A DNA stretch of 64,000 nt from Candidatus Bathyarchaeota archaeon (GTDB taxonomy: Archaea > Thermoproteota > Bathyarchaeia > Bathyarchaeales > Bathycorpusculaceae), in assembly GCA_963833575.1 (NCBI GenBank), contig CAWHXY010000004.1, positions 384,001 to 448,000 on the forward strand, read 5' to 3'. The notes beneath the pieces were generated by a model, which made no database searches, was not told where the DNA came from, and worked only from the letters and a program-made list of their open reading frames with translations. This document shows positions 9,961 through 20,481 of the stretch, in pieces; positions within the stretch are counted from its first letter, which is position 1, and each line of letters begins with the position of its first letter. The translations under genes and the position numbers were made by a program.

Positions 9961-10067
9961 TAATTTAGCTTTACACAGCAGGAGCGAGCGTTTTGGTAGT
10001 TTTCTTCTGTTCTAGCGCACTCAATGTCTTCAAACATGACAACTGAAGTTGGGCTTTGAAACAATAC

Positions 10068-12662
10068 TTATTTTCTATTTTTGAAAATCAACTCGCCACT
10101 TTTTTCATCGACTATAATTTCCGTGTTCTTGTCGACTTTTTCTTGCAAGATCATTTTTGATAATTCGTTTAGCAAGTTTTTTTGAATAACGCGTTTTATT
10201 GGTCTAGCTCCAAACTGAGGGTCAAATCCGACATTCGCAATAAAATCAACGGCTTTTTTGGTTATTGTAAGTTTGATGTTGGTTTTTTCGAGCATTTTTT
10301 GAACGTTTTTTAGTTGAAGTTCTACTATTTTTCTTACTTCTTCTCGTATTAACGATTGGAACATTATTATTTCGTCAATTCGGTTAAGGAATTCTGGCTT
10401 AATGCTTCTTTTCAGCAAATCGAAGACTTGAGTTCGTGTTTGGTTTATTATTTCTTCGCGGTTTTCTTCATTCATTTTTTCTAGGTTTTCTTGGATTATG
10501 TGAGATCCGATGTTTGAGGTCATGATGATTATGGTATTTTTGAAATCTACGGTTCGACCTTTATTATCTGTTAGTCTGCCATCATCAAGTACTTGGAGCA
10601 GTATGTTGAAAACGTCAGGGTGTGCTTTTTCAATCTCATCGAGAAGTACAACAGAGTATGGTTTTCTTCGAACAGCTTCAGTTAGTTGTCCGCTTTCTTC
10701 ATAGCCTACGTATCCAGGAGGCGCGCCAATGAGTCTTGAAACCGTATGCCGTTCCTGATACTCAGACATGTCAATTCTGATCATGCTATTTTCATTGTTG
10801 AATAGGAATTCGGCTAACGCTTTGGCTAATTCGGTTTTTCCAACTCCTGTAGTGCCCAAGAAGATGAAAGATCCGATTGGCCGCTTGGGATCTTGTAATC
10901 CTGCACGGTTTCTCCTAATAGCATCCGCTACTGCATTTACTGCTTCATCCTGTCCGACGACTCGCATGTGAAGTTCTGTTTCTAGATTAAGCAGTTTTTG
11001 TTTTTCACTTTGGAGCATTCGACTAACAGGGATACCTGTCCAGCGAGAAACTACTTCCGCAATTTCTTCCGCATCCACTTCTTCATTTACCATGGCTGAA
11101 TCCTTCTGCAACTCTAACAGTTTCTTCTTTAGAGTTTCAATTGTTTTTTCTGCTTCTGGAATTTTGCCGTAGCGAATTTCTGCGACACGTCCAAGATCGC
11201 CATTGCGGTTTGCGCGCTCATCTTCAAACTTTAGTTGTTCGATCTCGTTCTTTTTGTTCTGAATTTGTTCAACTATATCTTTCTCAGAGTGCCATTTTGC
11301 GCGTAATTGATTGCGTTCTTCACTTAGGTTCGCGATTTCTTCATTGAGCGACTTGAGTTTCGCCTGATCTTTTTCACGTTTTATGGCTTCCCTTTCAATT
11401 TCTAGTTGGCGAATTCGGCGGTCTTTTACTTCGAGTTCTTCAGGTTCAGAATTGATTTCAAGTCGAAGTTTTGATGCAGCTTCATCAATCAAGTCTATCG
11501 CTTTATCTGGAAGGAAACGATCGGATATGTACCTTTGTGAAAGTTCAACTGCAGCAATTATTGCTTCATCCTTGATTCTGACATGGTGATATGTTTCGTA
11601 ACGTTCTTTTAGACCTCGAAGAATGGAAATAGCGTCTAACGTGTCAGGTTCATTGACCATTACTGGTTGGAACCGTCTTTCAAGGGCTTTGTCTTTTTCA
11701 AAATATTTTTGATATTCGTTTAATGTAGTGGCGCCGATTGCACGTAATTCGCCCCTTGCTAATGCTGGTTTTAATATGTTTGCTGCGTCCATTGCTCCTT
11801 CACCACCACCTGCTCCTACCAGTGTATGAATCTCGTCGATGAATAGTACTATTTCGCCTTCAGCTGAAACAACTTCTTTAACAACGCTTTTGAGTCGTTC
11901 TTCAAATTCACCCTTATATTTTGCGCCTGCAATAAGGGCGCTCATGTCTAGTGAATAAATTTGTTTTGATTTCAGATTTTCAGGAACATCTCCGTCGATT
12001 ATGCGGTGAGCTAGTCCTTCTGCAATTGCGGTTTTGCCAACGCCTGGCTCTCCGATTAGAATTGGATTATTTTTTGTTCTTCGCGATAGGATCTGGAGGA
12101 CACGTCTGATTTCCTCGTCGCGGCCAATAACTGGGTCAAGTTTGCCTTTTCTAGCCATGTCGTTTAGGTTGATTGCATATTTGTTTAAGGCGTTATAGGT
12201 TTCTTCTGCTGTTTGAGAATTAACAGTTGATCCTTTGCGAAGTTGCTTGATTGCTGTCTTTAAGTCTTTTTCGGTGACTCCATTTTCGTGAAGTAATCTT
12301 GTAGCTGAATCGTTTTGGGCCAAAATTCCTAGAAGCAGATGCTCGATGGAAATGAACTCGTCTTTGCCCTCTGAAGCTACCTCAGCGGCCTTTTGTAGGG
12401 CTCGATTAGAATTAGATGAAAGATATTGTTGTCCACCACTAACCTTAGGTAAACAATCAATCAGCTTATCAAGCTCTTTTGAAAAAACATCAAAGTTAAC
12501 ATTTAATTTTTTCAACAAATAGGGAACTACGTTTTCGTCAACCATCAATATTGCTTTCAACAGATGTGAGGGCTCAATTGATTGGTTTTGTTTTGCCGTA
12601 GCAATTTCCGTAGCTTTTTGAATTGCTTCTTGAGATTTAATGGTAAAATTATTCAAGTCCAT
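10068..12662 (-). CDS. clpB: ATP-dependent chaperone ClpB
   Basis: Two AAA+ modules ([17 protein letters not shown]), coiled-coil M domain, GARP motif. Confidence 0.97.
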   Translation of the reverse strand: MDLNNFTIKSQEAIQKATEIATAKQNQSIEPSHLLKAILMVDENVVPYLLKKLNVNFDVFSKELDKLIDCLPKVSGGQQYLSSNSNRALQKAAEVASEGKDEFISIEHLLLGILAQNDSATRLLHENGVTEKDLKTAIKQLRKGSTVNSQTAEETYNALNKYAINLNDMARKGKLDPVIGRDEEIRRVLQILSRRTKNNPILIGEPGVGKTAIAEGLAHRIIDGDVPENLKSKQIYSLDMSALIAGAKYKGEFEERLKSVVKEVVSAEGEIVLFIDEIHTLVGAGGGEGAMDAANILKPALARGELRAIGATTLNEYQKYFEKDKALERRFQPVMVNEPDTLDAISILRGLKERYETYHHVRIKDEAIIAAVELSQRYISDRFLPDKAIDLIDEAASKLRLEINSEPEELEVKDRRIRQLEIEREAIKREKDQAKLKSLNEEIANLSEERNQLRAKWHSEKDIVEQIQNKKNEIEQLKFEDERANRNGDLGRVAEIRYGKIPEAEKTIETLKKKLLELQKDSAMVNEEVDAEEIAEVVSRWTGIPVSRMLQSEKQKLLNLETELHMRVVGQDEAVNAVADAIRRNRAGLQDPKRPIGSFIFLGTTGVGKTELAKALAEFLFNNENSMIRIDMSEYQERHTVSRLIGAPPGYVGYEESGQLTEAVRRKPYSVVLLDEIEKAHPDVFNILLQVLDDGRLTDNKGRTVDFKNTIIIMTSNIGSHIIQENLEKMNEENREEIINQTRTQVFDLLKRSIKPEFLNRIDEIIMFQSLIREEVRKIVELQLKNVQKMLEKTNIKLTITKKAVDFIANVGFDPQFGARPIKRVIQKNLLNELSKMILQEKVDKNTEIIVDEKSGELIFKNRK

Positions 12663-12801
12663 TTACAATCTCCTCTTTAACAAAGCAGTTTCTAACTCAG
12701 CTATATTTGTTATTCTGCAACAAACAAACATTTCAAACTATTAAATTGTAAAGATACTTAGTTGATAAGAACTAGTTTTTAATCGCGTCTCGGTATGTAA
12801 T

Positions 12802-12924
12802 TTAAGCATGAATTGGTTGAATTTCTACGCTTAGGTAATGTCTTTTGATGCAGTCTGTTTTTGGGCATCCTTCACAGCCGATAAAGTTAGTTTTCTGGCA
12901 AGGCAGGATATAAGCTCGGTCCAT
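12802..12924 (-). CDS. Cys-rich microprotein (40 aa)
   Basis: MDRAYILPCQKTNFIGCEGCPKTDCIKRHYLSVEIQPIHA; purine-rich upstream sequence. Confidence 0.45.
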   Translation of the reverse strand: MDRAYILPCQKTNFIGCEGCPKTDCIKRHYLSVEIQPIHA

Positions 12925-13434
12925 TTTTTCACTTCCTGTTTTTTATCGTGTATAATGTGTCTTAATATACACTAAGTGCTTGCTTAAGAAATTTTCTGAA
13001 CGCACGTCAATATTTGAATATCACCGCATGTTATTTTGAAGTTTAGAAGTTTACAAAATGCAAACAAAAATCTAAAAGATGAAAAAAAGAGAATAAAGCA
13101 GTTATCTGCTGTTTCTCAATCGATTAATTTGTTGTTCAGATAGCCTGCGATCTGATTCAGCCCATTTTCGTTCAGCCTCGACAAATGCTCTTTCCGCATG
13201 AGAGTGATCAGGCATTCTTAATCACCAGAAGAAAAGGCGTTAATACCATATGAAATATATAGTTTCTATAATTTATTTATTTTCCTTTCTCAGATTTAAA
13301 CCCAACAAGAAATTTTGGCAGCTTGAATTTCAATCACACTCATGGTTTTACTGCATATTTGGTGCAACAGAGGCATCAAATCGCACTATGTCAAATTGAG
13401 AAAATTTATTAACACGGTTGCAGTTCAAGTTTGG

Positions 13435-13492
13435 TTTGACGAAAGTAGCATTTTTGCTTACCCCAATTGGTAAGTTTTGCGCTTTCGTTAAA
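13435..13492 (+). promoter_or_regulatory. Long 5'-UTR hairpin of beta-propeller gene
   Basis: TTTGACGAAAGT/GCTTTCGTTAAA outer stem, GCTTACC/GGTAAGT inner stem; TTTATTAA box ~25-30 nt upstream. Confidence 0.55.
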
Positions 13493-13532
13493 GAAAACAT
13501 AAAAATCTAAAAGAAAAGGAGAAAAAGAAAAA

Positions 13533-16355
13533 ATGCAAATTAGTAAAAACAAAACACTAGGTATTACGATCGCAATATTGTTAACAATTTCAATGGGAGC
13601 TTCAATGATGCTTATACCCAACGCTATCGCACACACACCATCACAGAGCATTCAACTCTTCGCATTTATCAATGTGGCACCTAACCCTGCAGGCATAGGT
13701 CAAGCTGTAACTGTCAGCTTCTTTCTCAATGAACCACCAATGACAGCAGGCGGTCCATATGGAGACAGATTTGGTCCTTTCACGGTAAATGTTGTAAAGC
13801 CTGATGGAACCAATGAGACACTCGGACCATTTATTTCCGATGACACAGGAGGAACAAGCACTCGCTACACACCCACTCAACTTGGCACATACCAATTCCA
13901 GATGTTTTTCCCAGGAATGAAAATGACTGGATCAACTAACAACCCAGCTTCAGCTGGCGTCAGTCCCAGCAGCGGGCTCATCAGTAATACTGCTTATATT
14001 AATGACACTCTCCTACCGGCAACAAGCTCAGTAGCAACGCTTACAGTGCAACAACAGCCAGTACCATATGTCGCAGGAGCTCCGCTTCCTACATCTTATT
14101 GGCAAACCCCAATAAACGCAATGAACGTTCAGAACTGGTACGCAATTGGCGGTCCTTACCTTGGCCTCTATATTGGTTACAGTGCAGGTAAAGGTGCTTC
14201 CAACTACAATACAACAACAAACTTCAACCCATACTCTTTGGCGCCACAAACATCTCACATCATGTGGACAAGACCAATAGCATTCGGAGGCACAATCGGT
14301 GGAGATGCAGGCGGAACAACAACCTACGGCAACTACTATTCAACCTCTCAGTACGAACGCAAATATGATCCAATAGTCATCAATGGCTACCTCTACTACA
14401 CTCAATTCCCAGGAAGCTCGACTAGCCCAGTAGCTAACGTCGCAGTTGACTTATTCACTGGAAAAACAATATGGACAAACGATGCAAGCAACTATAACGG
14501 TGGCAGTCCAACACAGAACATGCTAACAACGACAGGCGTCGTTACGCCATTTACATGTGGCCAAGTACTCGATTACGTGTCACCTAACCAATACGGAGGA
14601 ATTGCTTATTTATGGACAACAGGGAATCCTGCCTGGATCACTCCAAGTGTTATGAACTTAACTGGAACGACCCTAAACATGTTTGACGCTATGACTGGTA
14701 AATACATCCTCAGCATTGTTAACGGAACAGGTTTCAGCTATGGAAACACGGTAGACGCAAGTGGAGATTTGATATCTTACTACACAAATACCACCGTTGG
14801 AACACAAACAATCTACGGCCAAATTCTGCCGGTTACTGGACCAACACCGACAAAAGTCACTAACACTGCGGGCAACTCACTCCTCGAAGCATGGAACTCA
14901 ACTCAATGTATTATGGAAGGTGCTGGCTGGTCAACTGGATCGGCTTCAGGCTGGCAATGGAGACCCGTACAAGGTTCACTAATTCCATTTTCATATGGAA
15001 TACAATCCGCATGGCAACTACCTGGCACTGTACCAGTTGGTGCATACGCAAATAATGCTACATTGCCAAACACTTGGACAATCATGGGCGTTAACAGCGG
15101 TGTAGCTATTCTTTATTCAGCAGATAACGCAGGACTCACAAACTACTTCCAAAGAGGATCCACAGTCTTTACAGGTTACGACATAAACACGGGAAACCAG
15201 CTATTCGTCCAAAATGAAACCTTCACACCTTACACTGCAGTCAACCTAGACAACTATGGCAACGTCGCCGACGGACTTTTCACCACAGTTATCAAAGAAA
15301 CTGGTCAAGTTACCGCATTCAGTGTCACGACAGGCCAGCAAGCATGGCAAACAACACTTACAGGCGACAATGGCGCACCTATCAATCCATACGATACTAT
15401 CGGCGGAATCAAAGGAAACGTTTACGGCACCAGTTTCCTACTCTTCGGTTTCGGAGGAGACGCCTGGTCTTTAAACATGGCTAATGGCAAACTTAACTGG
15501 TATACAAACACAACTAAACTCATGGGCGACGCTGGCTCTAACACCCCATATGGCGTTTGGCCTATCTGGGTACAAACAGGCATTGGCGGCGGCGGCGGAA
15601 TAGAATGGCTTGAAGTAGGACACGAATATGCACCACCATTGTTCCTTGGAGCACAACTACTGGCATTGAACACTACAACTGGACAACTAGCATGGAGTAT
15701 ACCTTCCTTCGATGTTGATGCAAACCCCGAATTAGCATACGGCATTATGACAACACTAAACGCATATGACAACCAAGTCTACGCTTACGGCCAAGGACCA
15801 AGTGCAACGACTGTTACAGCACCCAGCGTAGGCGTAACAACAGCAACACCAGTAACCATAACAGGCACAGTAATGGACGTATCTGCAGGCGCAAAGCAAG
15901 AAGCAGTAGCAGCGAACTTCCCCAACGGTCTACCAGCAGTTTCTGATGCAAGCATGAGTTCGTTTATGGCATCTGTTTACATGCAACAACCAATTTCTCA
16001 TGACATTACCGGAGTTCCAGTTACACTAAGCGTTGTTGACTCAAACGGCAATTACAGAACCATAGGCAACACTACAACCGACGCTACAGGTTCGTATGGT
16101 CTCAAATGGACACCTGACATATCTGGCTCTTACACTATCGTTGCTACATTCTCAGGATCAGGAGCATACTACGGATCAACAGCTCAAACATACCTATATG
16201 CCAGCGCAGCAACCACACCAGCACCAACAACCGCACCTCAATCAAATCTAGCAACAACAGCAGATCTAATGATATACGTAGTCGCAGCAGCAATCGCCAT
16301 AATCATCGCAATAGCCATAGTTGGCATTGTAATAGTAATGCGGCTCAAAAAATAG
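13533..16355 (+). CDS. Secreted, membrane-anchored PQQ-like beta-propeller surface protein (Bathyarchaeia-type family)
   Basis: Signal peptide, PNPAGIGQ..TLGPFISD N-domain, repeated TG..W propeller motifs, PAVSDASM..GVPVTL C-domain, C-terminal TM anchor plus basic tail. Confidence 0.85.
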   Translation: MQISKNKTLGITIAILLTISMGASMMLIPNAIAHTPSQSIQLFAFINVAPNPAGIGQAVTVSFFLNEPPMTAGGPYGDRFGPFTVNVVKPDGTNETLGPFISDDTGGTSTRYTPTQLGTYQFQMFFPGMKMTGSTNNPASAGVSPSSGLISNTAYINDTLLPATSSVATLTVQQQPVPYVAGAPLPTSYWQTPINAMNVQNWYAIGGPYLGLYIGYSAGKGASNYNTTTNFNPYSLAPQTSHIMWTRPIAFGGTIGGDAGGTTTYGNYYSTSQYERKYDPIVINGYLYYTQFPGSSTSPVANVAVDLFTGKTIWTNDASNYNGGSPTQNMLTTTGVVTPFTCGQVLDYVSPNQYGGIAYLWTTGNPAWITPSVMNLTGTTLNMFDAMTGKYILSIVNGTGFSYGNTVDASGDLISYYTNTTVGTQTIYGQILPVTGPTPTKVTNTAGNSLLEAWNSTQCIMEGAGWSTGSASGWQWRPVQGSLIPFSYGIQSAWQLPGTVPVGAYANNATLPNTWTIMGVNSGVAILYSADNAGLTNYFQRGSTVFTGYDINTGNQLFVQNETFTPYTAVNLDNYGNVADGLFTTVIKETGQVTAFSVTTGQQAWQTTLTGDNGAPINPYDTIGGIKGNVYGTSFLLFGFGGDAWSLNMANGKLNWYTNTTKLMGDAGSNTPYGVWPIWVQTGIGGGGGIEWLEVGHEYAPPLFLGAQLLALNTTTGQLAWSIPSFDVDANPELAYGIMTTLNAYDNQVYAYGQGPSATTVTAPSVGVTTATPVTITGTVMDVSAGAKQEAVAANFPNGLPAVSDASMSSFMASVYMQQPISHDITGVPVTLSVVDSNGNYRTIGNTTTDATGSYGLKWTPDISGSYTIVATFSGSGAYYGSTAQTYLYASAATTPAPTTAPQSNLATTADLMIYVVAAAIAIIIAIAIVGIVIVMRLKK

Positions 16356-16375
16356 CCAAAAGCTTCAAAACAACC

Positions 16376-16394
16376 AAACCCCTTTCCTTTTTTT
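16376..16394 (+). terminator. Pyrimidine/oligo-T terminator
   Basis: AAACCCCTTTCCTTTTTTT after stop; near-identical tract follows the paralog. Confidence 0.55.
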
Positions 16395-16667
16395 AGTTCT
16401 TAAAAAAGAAAATTCAAAATAGAGATAAATAGTCTTTGTTTAGATTCACAAGACAGCTGTAATTCGTGATAGAGTTGGCATTTGCTCTTTTTATTGTTCT
16501 CGAAGTCTAAGCAAATCTCAATTGGTCAAAAATCTTCTAATATGTCAGTACAAGCGTCTACGTCACGCTTTTATTAGGCTTATGAATAACAATGCGACGC
16601 TATTTTGCTGAGACAACAAAACAGCAGGCGACAAACGATTCTTATATTCGCAATGTTGTTTGTATTT

Positions 16668-17096
16668 ATGGTACTTGACCTTCAAGGCAATTTAGTTTCT
16701 GTTGTTCAAGTCTTAGCATTAATTTTGCTTGTAATAGGAGTTTATCCTTACCGAATAAGAACAAAAAACAGAAACCTCATCATGCATGGGTTCCTAAGCA
16801 TCTTAGCTATTGCTTTAAACCTTGCCACCGTATTCGCAGTAATGCTTCCAGCTTTAAGTAATCGTTTGACTCTCGTTAGCAGTTTGTCGATTTTACAGTC
16901 AGCAGTTGTTTGGCTGCACGTTGCCTTAGGAATAACTGCCATAACTTTAGGTTTTGTAATCATTATTTCATGGATAACTCATCCTTTAGGTGAACTCGGA
17001 TGCTCAAAAACCTGGAGGCTAATGATACCCACTTTCTCAATTTGGCTTATCACATTGATAATAGGGTTAGCAATACAAATATTCAACATTATTTAA
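16668..17096 (+). CDS. DUF420-like membrane protein
   Basis: Four TM segments with His residues (HGFL, WLHVALG); CTTATA box upstream suggests leaderless start. Confidence 0.65.
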   Translation: MVLDLQGNLVSVVQVLALILLVIGVYPYRIRTKNRNLIMHGFLSILAIALNLATVFAVMLPALSNRLTLVSSLSILQSAVVWLHVALGITAITLGFVIIISWITHPLGELGCSKTWRLMIPTFSIWLITLIIGLAIQIFNII

Positions 17097-17230
17097 TGCG
17101 TGCTTACTTTTTAGTTAATTAAAATCTATTTTAGTTCTTTGCAGGTTGAACAAACACCTTCACGACGTTTTTTGTTGAGCTGGTTTTGGGCTGCTTTTTT
17201 GGTTTGGGGTTTGATTTGTTTGCAGGCTAC

Positions 17231-17300
17231 GTCATTATTTGTCAGGAATCGTCATTAATCGTCGCATTTCGTCACGATCCGTTACTAATCGCCACAATTC
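17231..17300. repeat. Seven degenerate 10-bp tandem units, consensus GTCANNAATC
   Basis: gtcattattt/gtcaggaatc/gtcattaatc/gtcgcatttc/gtcacgatcc/gttactaatc/gccacaattc. Confidence 0.7.
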
Positions 17301-17337
17301 TGAAAGTGTCATGTCTTTTAGCCGAAAAAAATGTTGC

Positions 17338-18687
17338 CTAAGTCTTATGAAAGTTTTCGAATTGGATTTTATAGGTGCTCAGTCGCCACAAATAATCACA
17401 CGAGTTATGGTCAGGATCCATCCGATTGATTATTTCAATTAAGTCATCTGGAACAATCAGTACGAGACAGAAATATTCACTATATCGTTTTCGAAAAATT
17501 GAAAGTTTGACCAAGACTTCAATAATGTTGGCTTTAACGCCATGCGGCTCAAGCAGAACTTTTCTACCTCTATCAGTAAACTGAGGGAGAAGAAAATCCG
17601 GTTTGTAAGTTAGCAATGGATTATCTTTAGATAAACGGAATTCCATGAACTCATAATAAAAAATTACCTGCTTGTTTTTCAGAAAATCAAAAACATCTCT
17701 TTCAAATCCACTGAATGCTCCTGGTTCAGCAATAACTTCGCCGACTCGATTGTAGTGTGAAACTACACTTAAGTATTGGATAAGGGGTTGCACCAAATCT
17801 TGGTATTTTTGAATGAAAAACCGCAGGGATTTTTCTAATGAAGTTAACGTAAGGTCAGAGTATTCCAGCCAAGTTCCAAGCATAAAGAAGGGGAAATCAA
17901 TTTTGGCGGGATCTTCGGGAAAGAGTGAACGCGCAAAGCCAGTTAGACGTTGGGCATCGGCATCAAATTCGGCGGTGTTTTTCCACCAGCTTTCTGGTCT
18001 AATTTTTCTATTTAACATTAAGGGCAAGTTTTCATTATTATTTAACCCTAACGCAACGTAAACTCGCAGTTTTGGAGTTGTTAACGGTACCATCAAATCT
18101 TCAGGATTAAATTGGAACAGCCCAAGGTCAGGTGAGCCTCGAACCATCCAGCGCAGATAAAGCCAAGATTTTGAAGTATGCTGCTTATTCATACCCCTAA
18201 CTTTGTACGATAACTGTTCAACGAAGTCTATTGGTTTTCTACCCTTTTGGTTTAATTTGTCGGAGTAATTAATCAGATCACCATTGGCTTTTTCTTCGAC
18301 GAACTGGTTAACTGAGCACAATACGTTAGGGATTTGCGCTTTTGCTTTGCCCAAATGCTCCAATTTTTGATAATTGTATTCAAATTTAGTAATTTCTTGC
18401 GCAAATTCGTTTGGATTCTTTATTACATACAGTTTACTTTCAAACACAGAAAAAAGATGATGCAGTAGCAAACTTGTGTTCCGTGGATTTCCAGTTAGCC
18501 CAAAGTCGCTCAGTGATGCCAGGAGCAAAAAGTAGTGTGCCGCTTCCCTTTTGGCCTCATAACTGTCAAGTGGCATAAAACGTAGTTTTGTATTTTCCAA
18601 GTTAAGTTCTATGTCGGGAACACAACTATAAATTTCGACAAATTGCGTGATTAGTTCTCTTAGGGCTGGTGGAACCTCTGCAGTCAT
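17338..18687 (-). CDS. DUF2400/TIGR02757-like domain fused to C-terminal PD-(D/E)XK-like nuclease
   Basis: KSWLYLRWMVR..DLGL, FPEDPAKIDFPFF; then SGFE..FYYE..YKPDFLL..LLEPHG. Confidence 0.7.
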   Translation of the reverse strand: MTAEVPPALRELITQFVEIYSCVPDIELNLENTKLRFMPLDSYEAKREAAHYFLLLASLSDFGLTGNPRNTSLLLHHLFSVFESKLYVIKNPNEFAQEITKFEYNYQKLEHLGKAKAQIPNVLCSVNQFVEEKANGDLINYSDKLNQKGRKPIDFVEQLSYKVRGMNKQHTSKSWLYLRWMVRGSPDLGLFQFNPEDLMVPLTTPKLRVYVALGLNNNENLPLMLNRKIRPESWWKNTAEFDADAQRLTGFARSLFPEDPAKIDFPFFMLGTWLEYSDLTLTSLEKSLRFFIQKYQDLVQPLIQYLSVVSHYNRVGEVIAEPGAFSGFERDVFDFLKNKQVIFYYEFMEFRLSKDNPLLTYKPDFLLPQFTDRGRKVLLEPHGVKANIIEVLVKLSIFRKRYSEYFCLVLIVPDDLIEIINRMDPDHNSCDYLWRLSTYKIQFENFHKT

Positions 18688-18854
18688 ACTTGAAGCTTGG
18701 TTGCTTCTACTTAATTAGTTTTACAAGAAAAGAAAAAATGGTTGCCGGACCTGAGCACACTTTTTCAGTATGTTTTAAGTTTTTTTTGTTTTTGGGTTTA
18801 ATTTTTTGGATAATACCTAAAATTTATTTAATGCATATTACTTGATTAAGCAGA

Positions 18855-19346
18855 ATGGATCCTGTCGTTAACATCGATGAAATAGACAACCAAATTCTAC
18901 ACATGCTTATCCAAGATGCCCGCACGAGCCTTAAGGATATAGGTAAAAAATGCGGAATTTCAACAGTTACAGCTTTGAATAGAATTAAGCGGCTTAAAGA
19001 AACAGGTGTAATAACTGGTGCAGCACTTTTTGCTGCGCTTGATGTTTTTCAGTTTCAAATTGTCGCTTCCATTGGAATGGAGATTGAAGCAAGCGCTAAC
19101 GTTCAGGAAATTCTCGAGTTCTTTGAAAAGAACACCTATCTAGTTGAACCCTCAAATAGTATCGGAAAATACGATCTTCAAGCTGTAATTTATGCTGAAG
19201 ACATAGCGAGCCTAAATAACCGCGTTGAGATGGTCAGAAGACTTCGCGGAATTAAAAGGGTAATGGTATCTGTTTGGTCAGGAATTCCTTACCTCAGTTT
19301 TGATAATATTAATCTCACAAGCAGAGAGGATAGAAAGCGTGGATAA
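18855..19346 (+). CDS. Lrp/AsnC family transcriptional regulator
   Basis: IDEIDNQILHMLIQDARTS..RIKRLKETGVI; GKYDL. Confidence 0.9.
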   Translation: MDPVVNIDEIDNQILHMLIQDARTSLKDIGKKCGISTVTALNRIKRLKETGVITGAALFAALDVFQFQIVASIGMEIEASANVQEILEFFEKNTYLVEPSNSIGKYDLQAVIYAEDIASLNNRVEMVRRLRGIKRVMVSVWSGIPYLSFDNINLTSREDRKRG

Positions 19347-19830
19347 ATTAGATTACCTAGTTTTAAGCGAACTTGAAAGAGATGCATCACTTTCGTTTGT
19401 TGCTATTGCCAAGAAGGTTGGATCAACCCCTTGCACTGTTAAGCGTCGGTATGAGAAGTTCAGACGAGAGGGGATAATTTTTGGGTGTATTGTATCACTG
19501 AATCTTTCCAAATTAGGATTTTGTGGCAAAGCCACGCTCTCAATAACCCTAACGCCTAACAGTAACAAGTCAGTCACTATAGAATACCTTAGAACCGTGA
19601 AAAACGTAATAATTGTAACTGAAATCATCGGCGCCTACGACCTTATGGCAATCGCGCCAATCACTGATTTGAAAAGTATTCAAACATTGTTGGACGAAGT
19701 TAGAAAAGCACCTAACATACATAGAGTTGAATTTTCCTGCGTAGACAATACGGATTTTCCCGTTAGCCCAAACTATGGCACTATGTTGAGCCAGAAGGGC
19801 AAGACTCTGGCTAGTGCTAAGAAAAAGTAG
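19339..19830 (+). CDS. Lrp/AsnC family transcriptional regulator
   Basis: GTG start overlapping previous gene; DKLDYLVLSELERDA..; IGAYDL. Confidence 0.88.
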   Translation: MDKLDYLVLSELERDASLSFVAIAKKVGSTPCTVKRRYEKFRREGIIFGCIVSLNLSKLGFCGKATLSITLTPNSNKSVTIEYLRTVKNVIIVTEIIGAYDLMAIAPITDLKSIQTLLDEVRKAPNIHRVEFSCVDNTDFPVSPNYGTMLSQKGKTLASAKKK

Positions 19831-19867
19831 GGGATGAAGAAGGGCAGATCTAAAATGGTGGGGGGAA

Positions 19868-20458
19868 ATGAATAGCAAGGAAATAGGGACAGTTATTGCT
19901 TTCACAGCTCTTACAACAACGTTAAACTTTGTCCGAGTACCCGTGCCTTATATGCCGGCGTTCGCTTACCAGTTGGGCGATGTTGTTTTGGTCGTAGTGC
20001 TGTTACTTTTTGGCATCAGAATTGCCATCGCCGCAGCCACTTTGAATATGTTGATAAACATAGTGCTTTCTTTAAGTCCAGCAGGGCCGATTGGTCCACC
20101 TTACTATTTGTTATCGGTTGTTGCAATGTTTTCAGGAGTCTATATTTTTGAAAAAGTGATAAAGAGAAGAATACTAGCCAACCGAGATATAATCAAAACT
20201 GTTTCTCTTGCAACCGGATTTGGAGTTTTAACCAGAGTTCTGATCATGCTACCATTCGACTATTTTGTTTATGGTTTCTTGGTTTCTTTGGTATCTGGCT
20301 TGAGTATTTCGGTTTCGTATGCAATTGTGCTAGCTTCTATGCCCGGGATTATCGTATATAACATCACAGTTCCAGTTATTATGATTCCAATAAGCTATTC
20401 TATAGCCAAGAGCGTGTCGAAGTACCGCTTGTTAAAGTCTGATTCTACCTTGTTTTAA
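19868..20458 (+). CDS. ECF transporter S-component-like membrane protein
   Basis: Hydrophobic ~6 TM; VPVPYMP..YQLGDV..LLFG pattern. Confidence 0.7.
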   Translation: MNSKEIGTVIAFTALTTTLNFVRVPVPYMPAFAYQLGDVVLVVVLLLFGIRIAIAAATLNMLINIVLSLSPAGPIGPPYYLLSVVAMFSGVYIFEKVIKRRILANRDIIKTVSLATGFGVLTRVLIMLPFDYFVYGFLVSLVSGLSISVSYAIVLASMPGIIVYNITVPVIMIPISYSIAKSVSKYRLLKSDSTLF

Positions 20459-20481
20459 GATGTTAGGTATAGGCAGAAATT

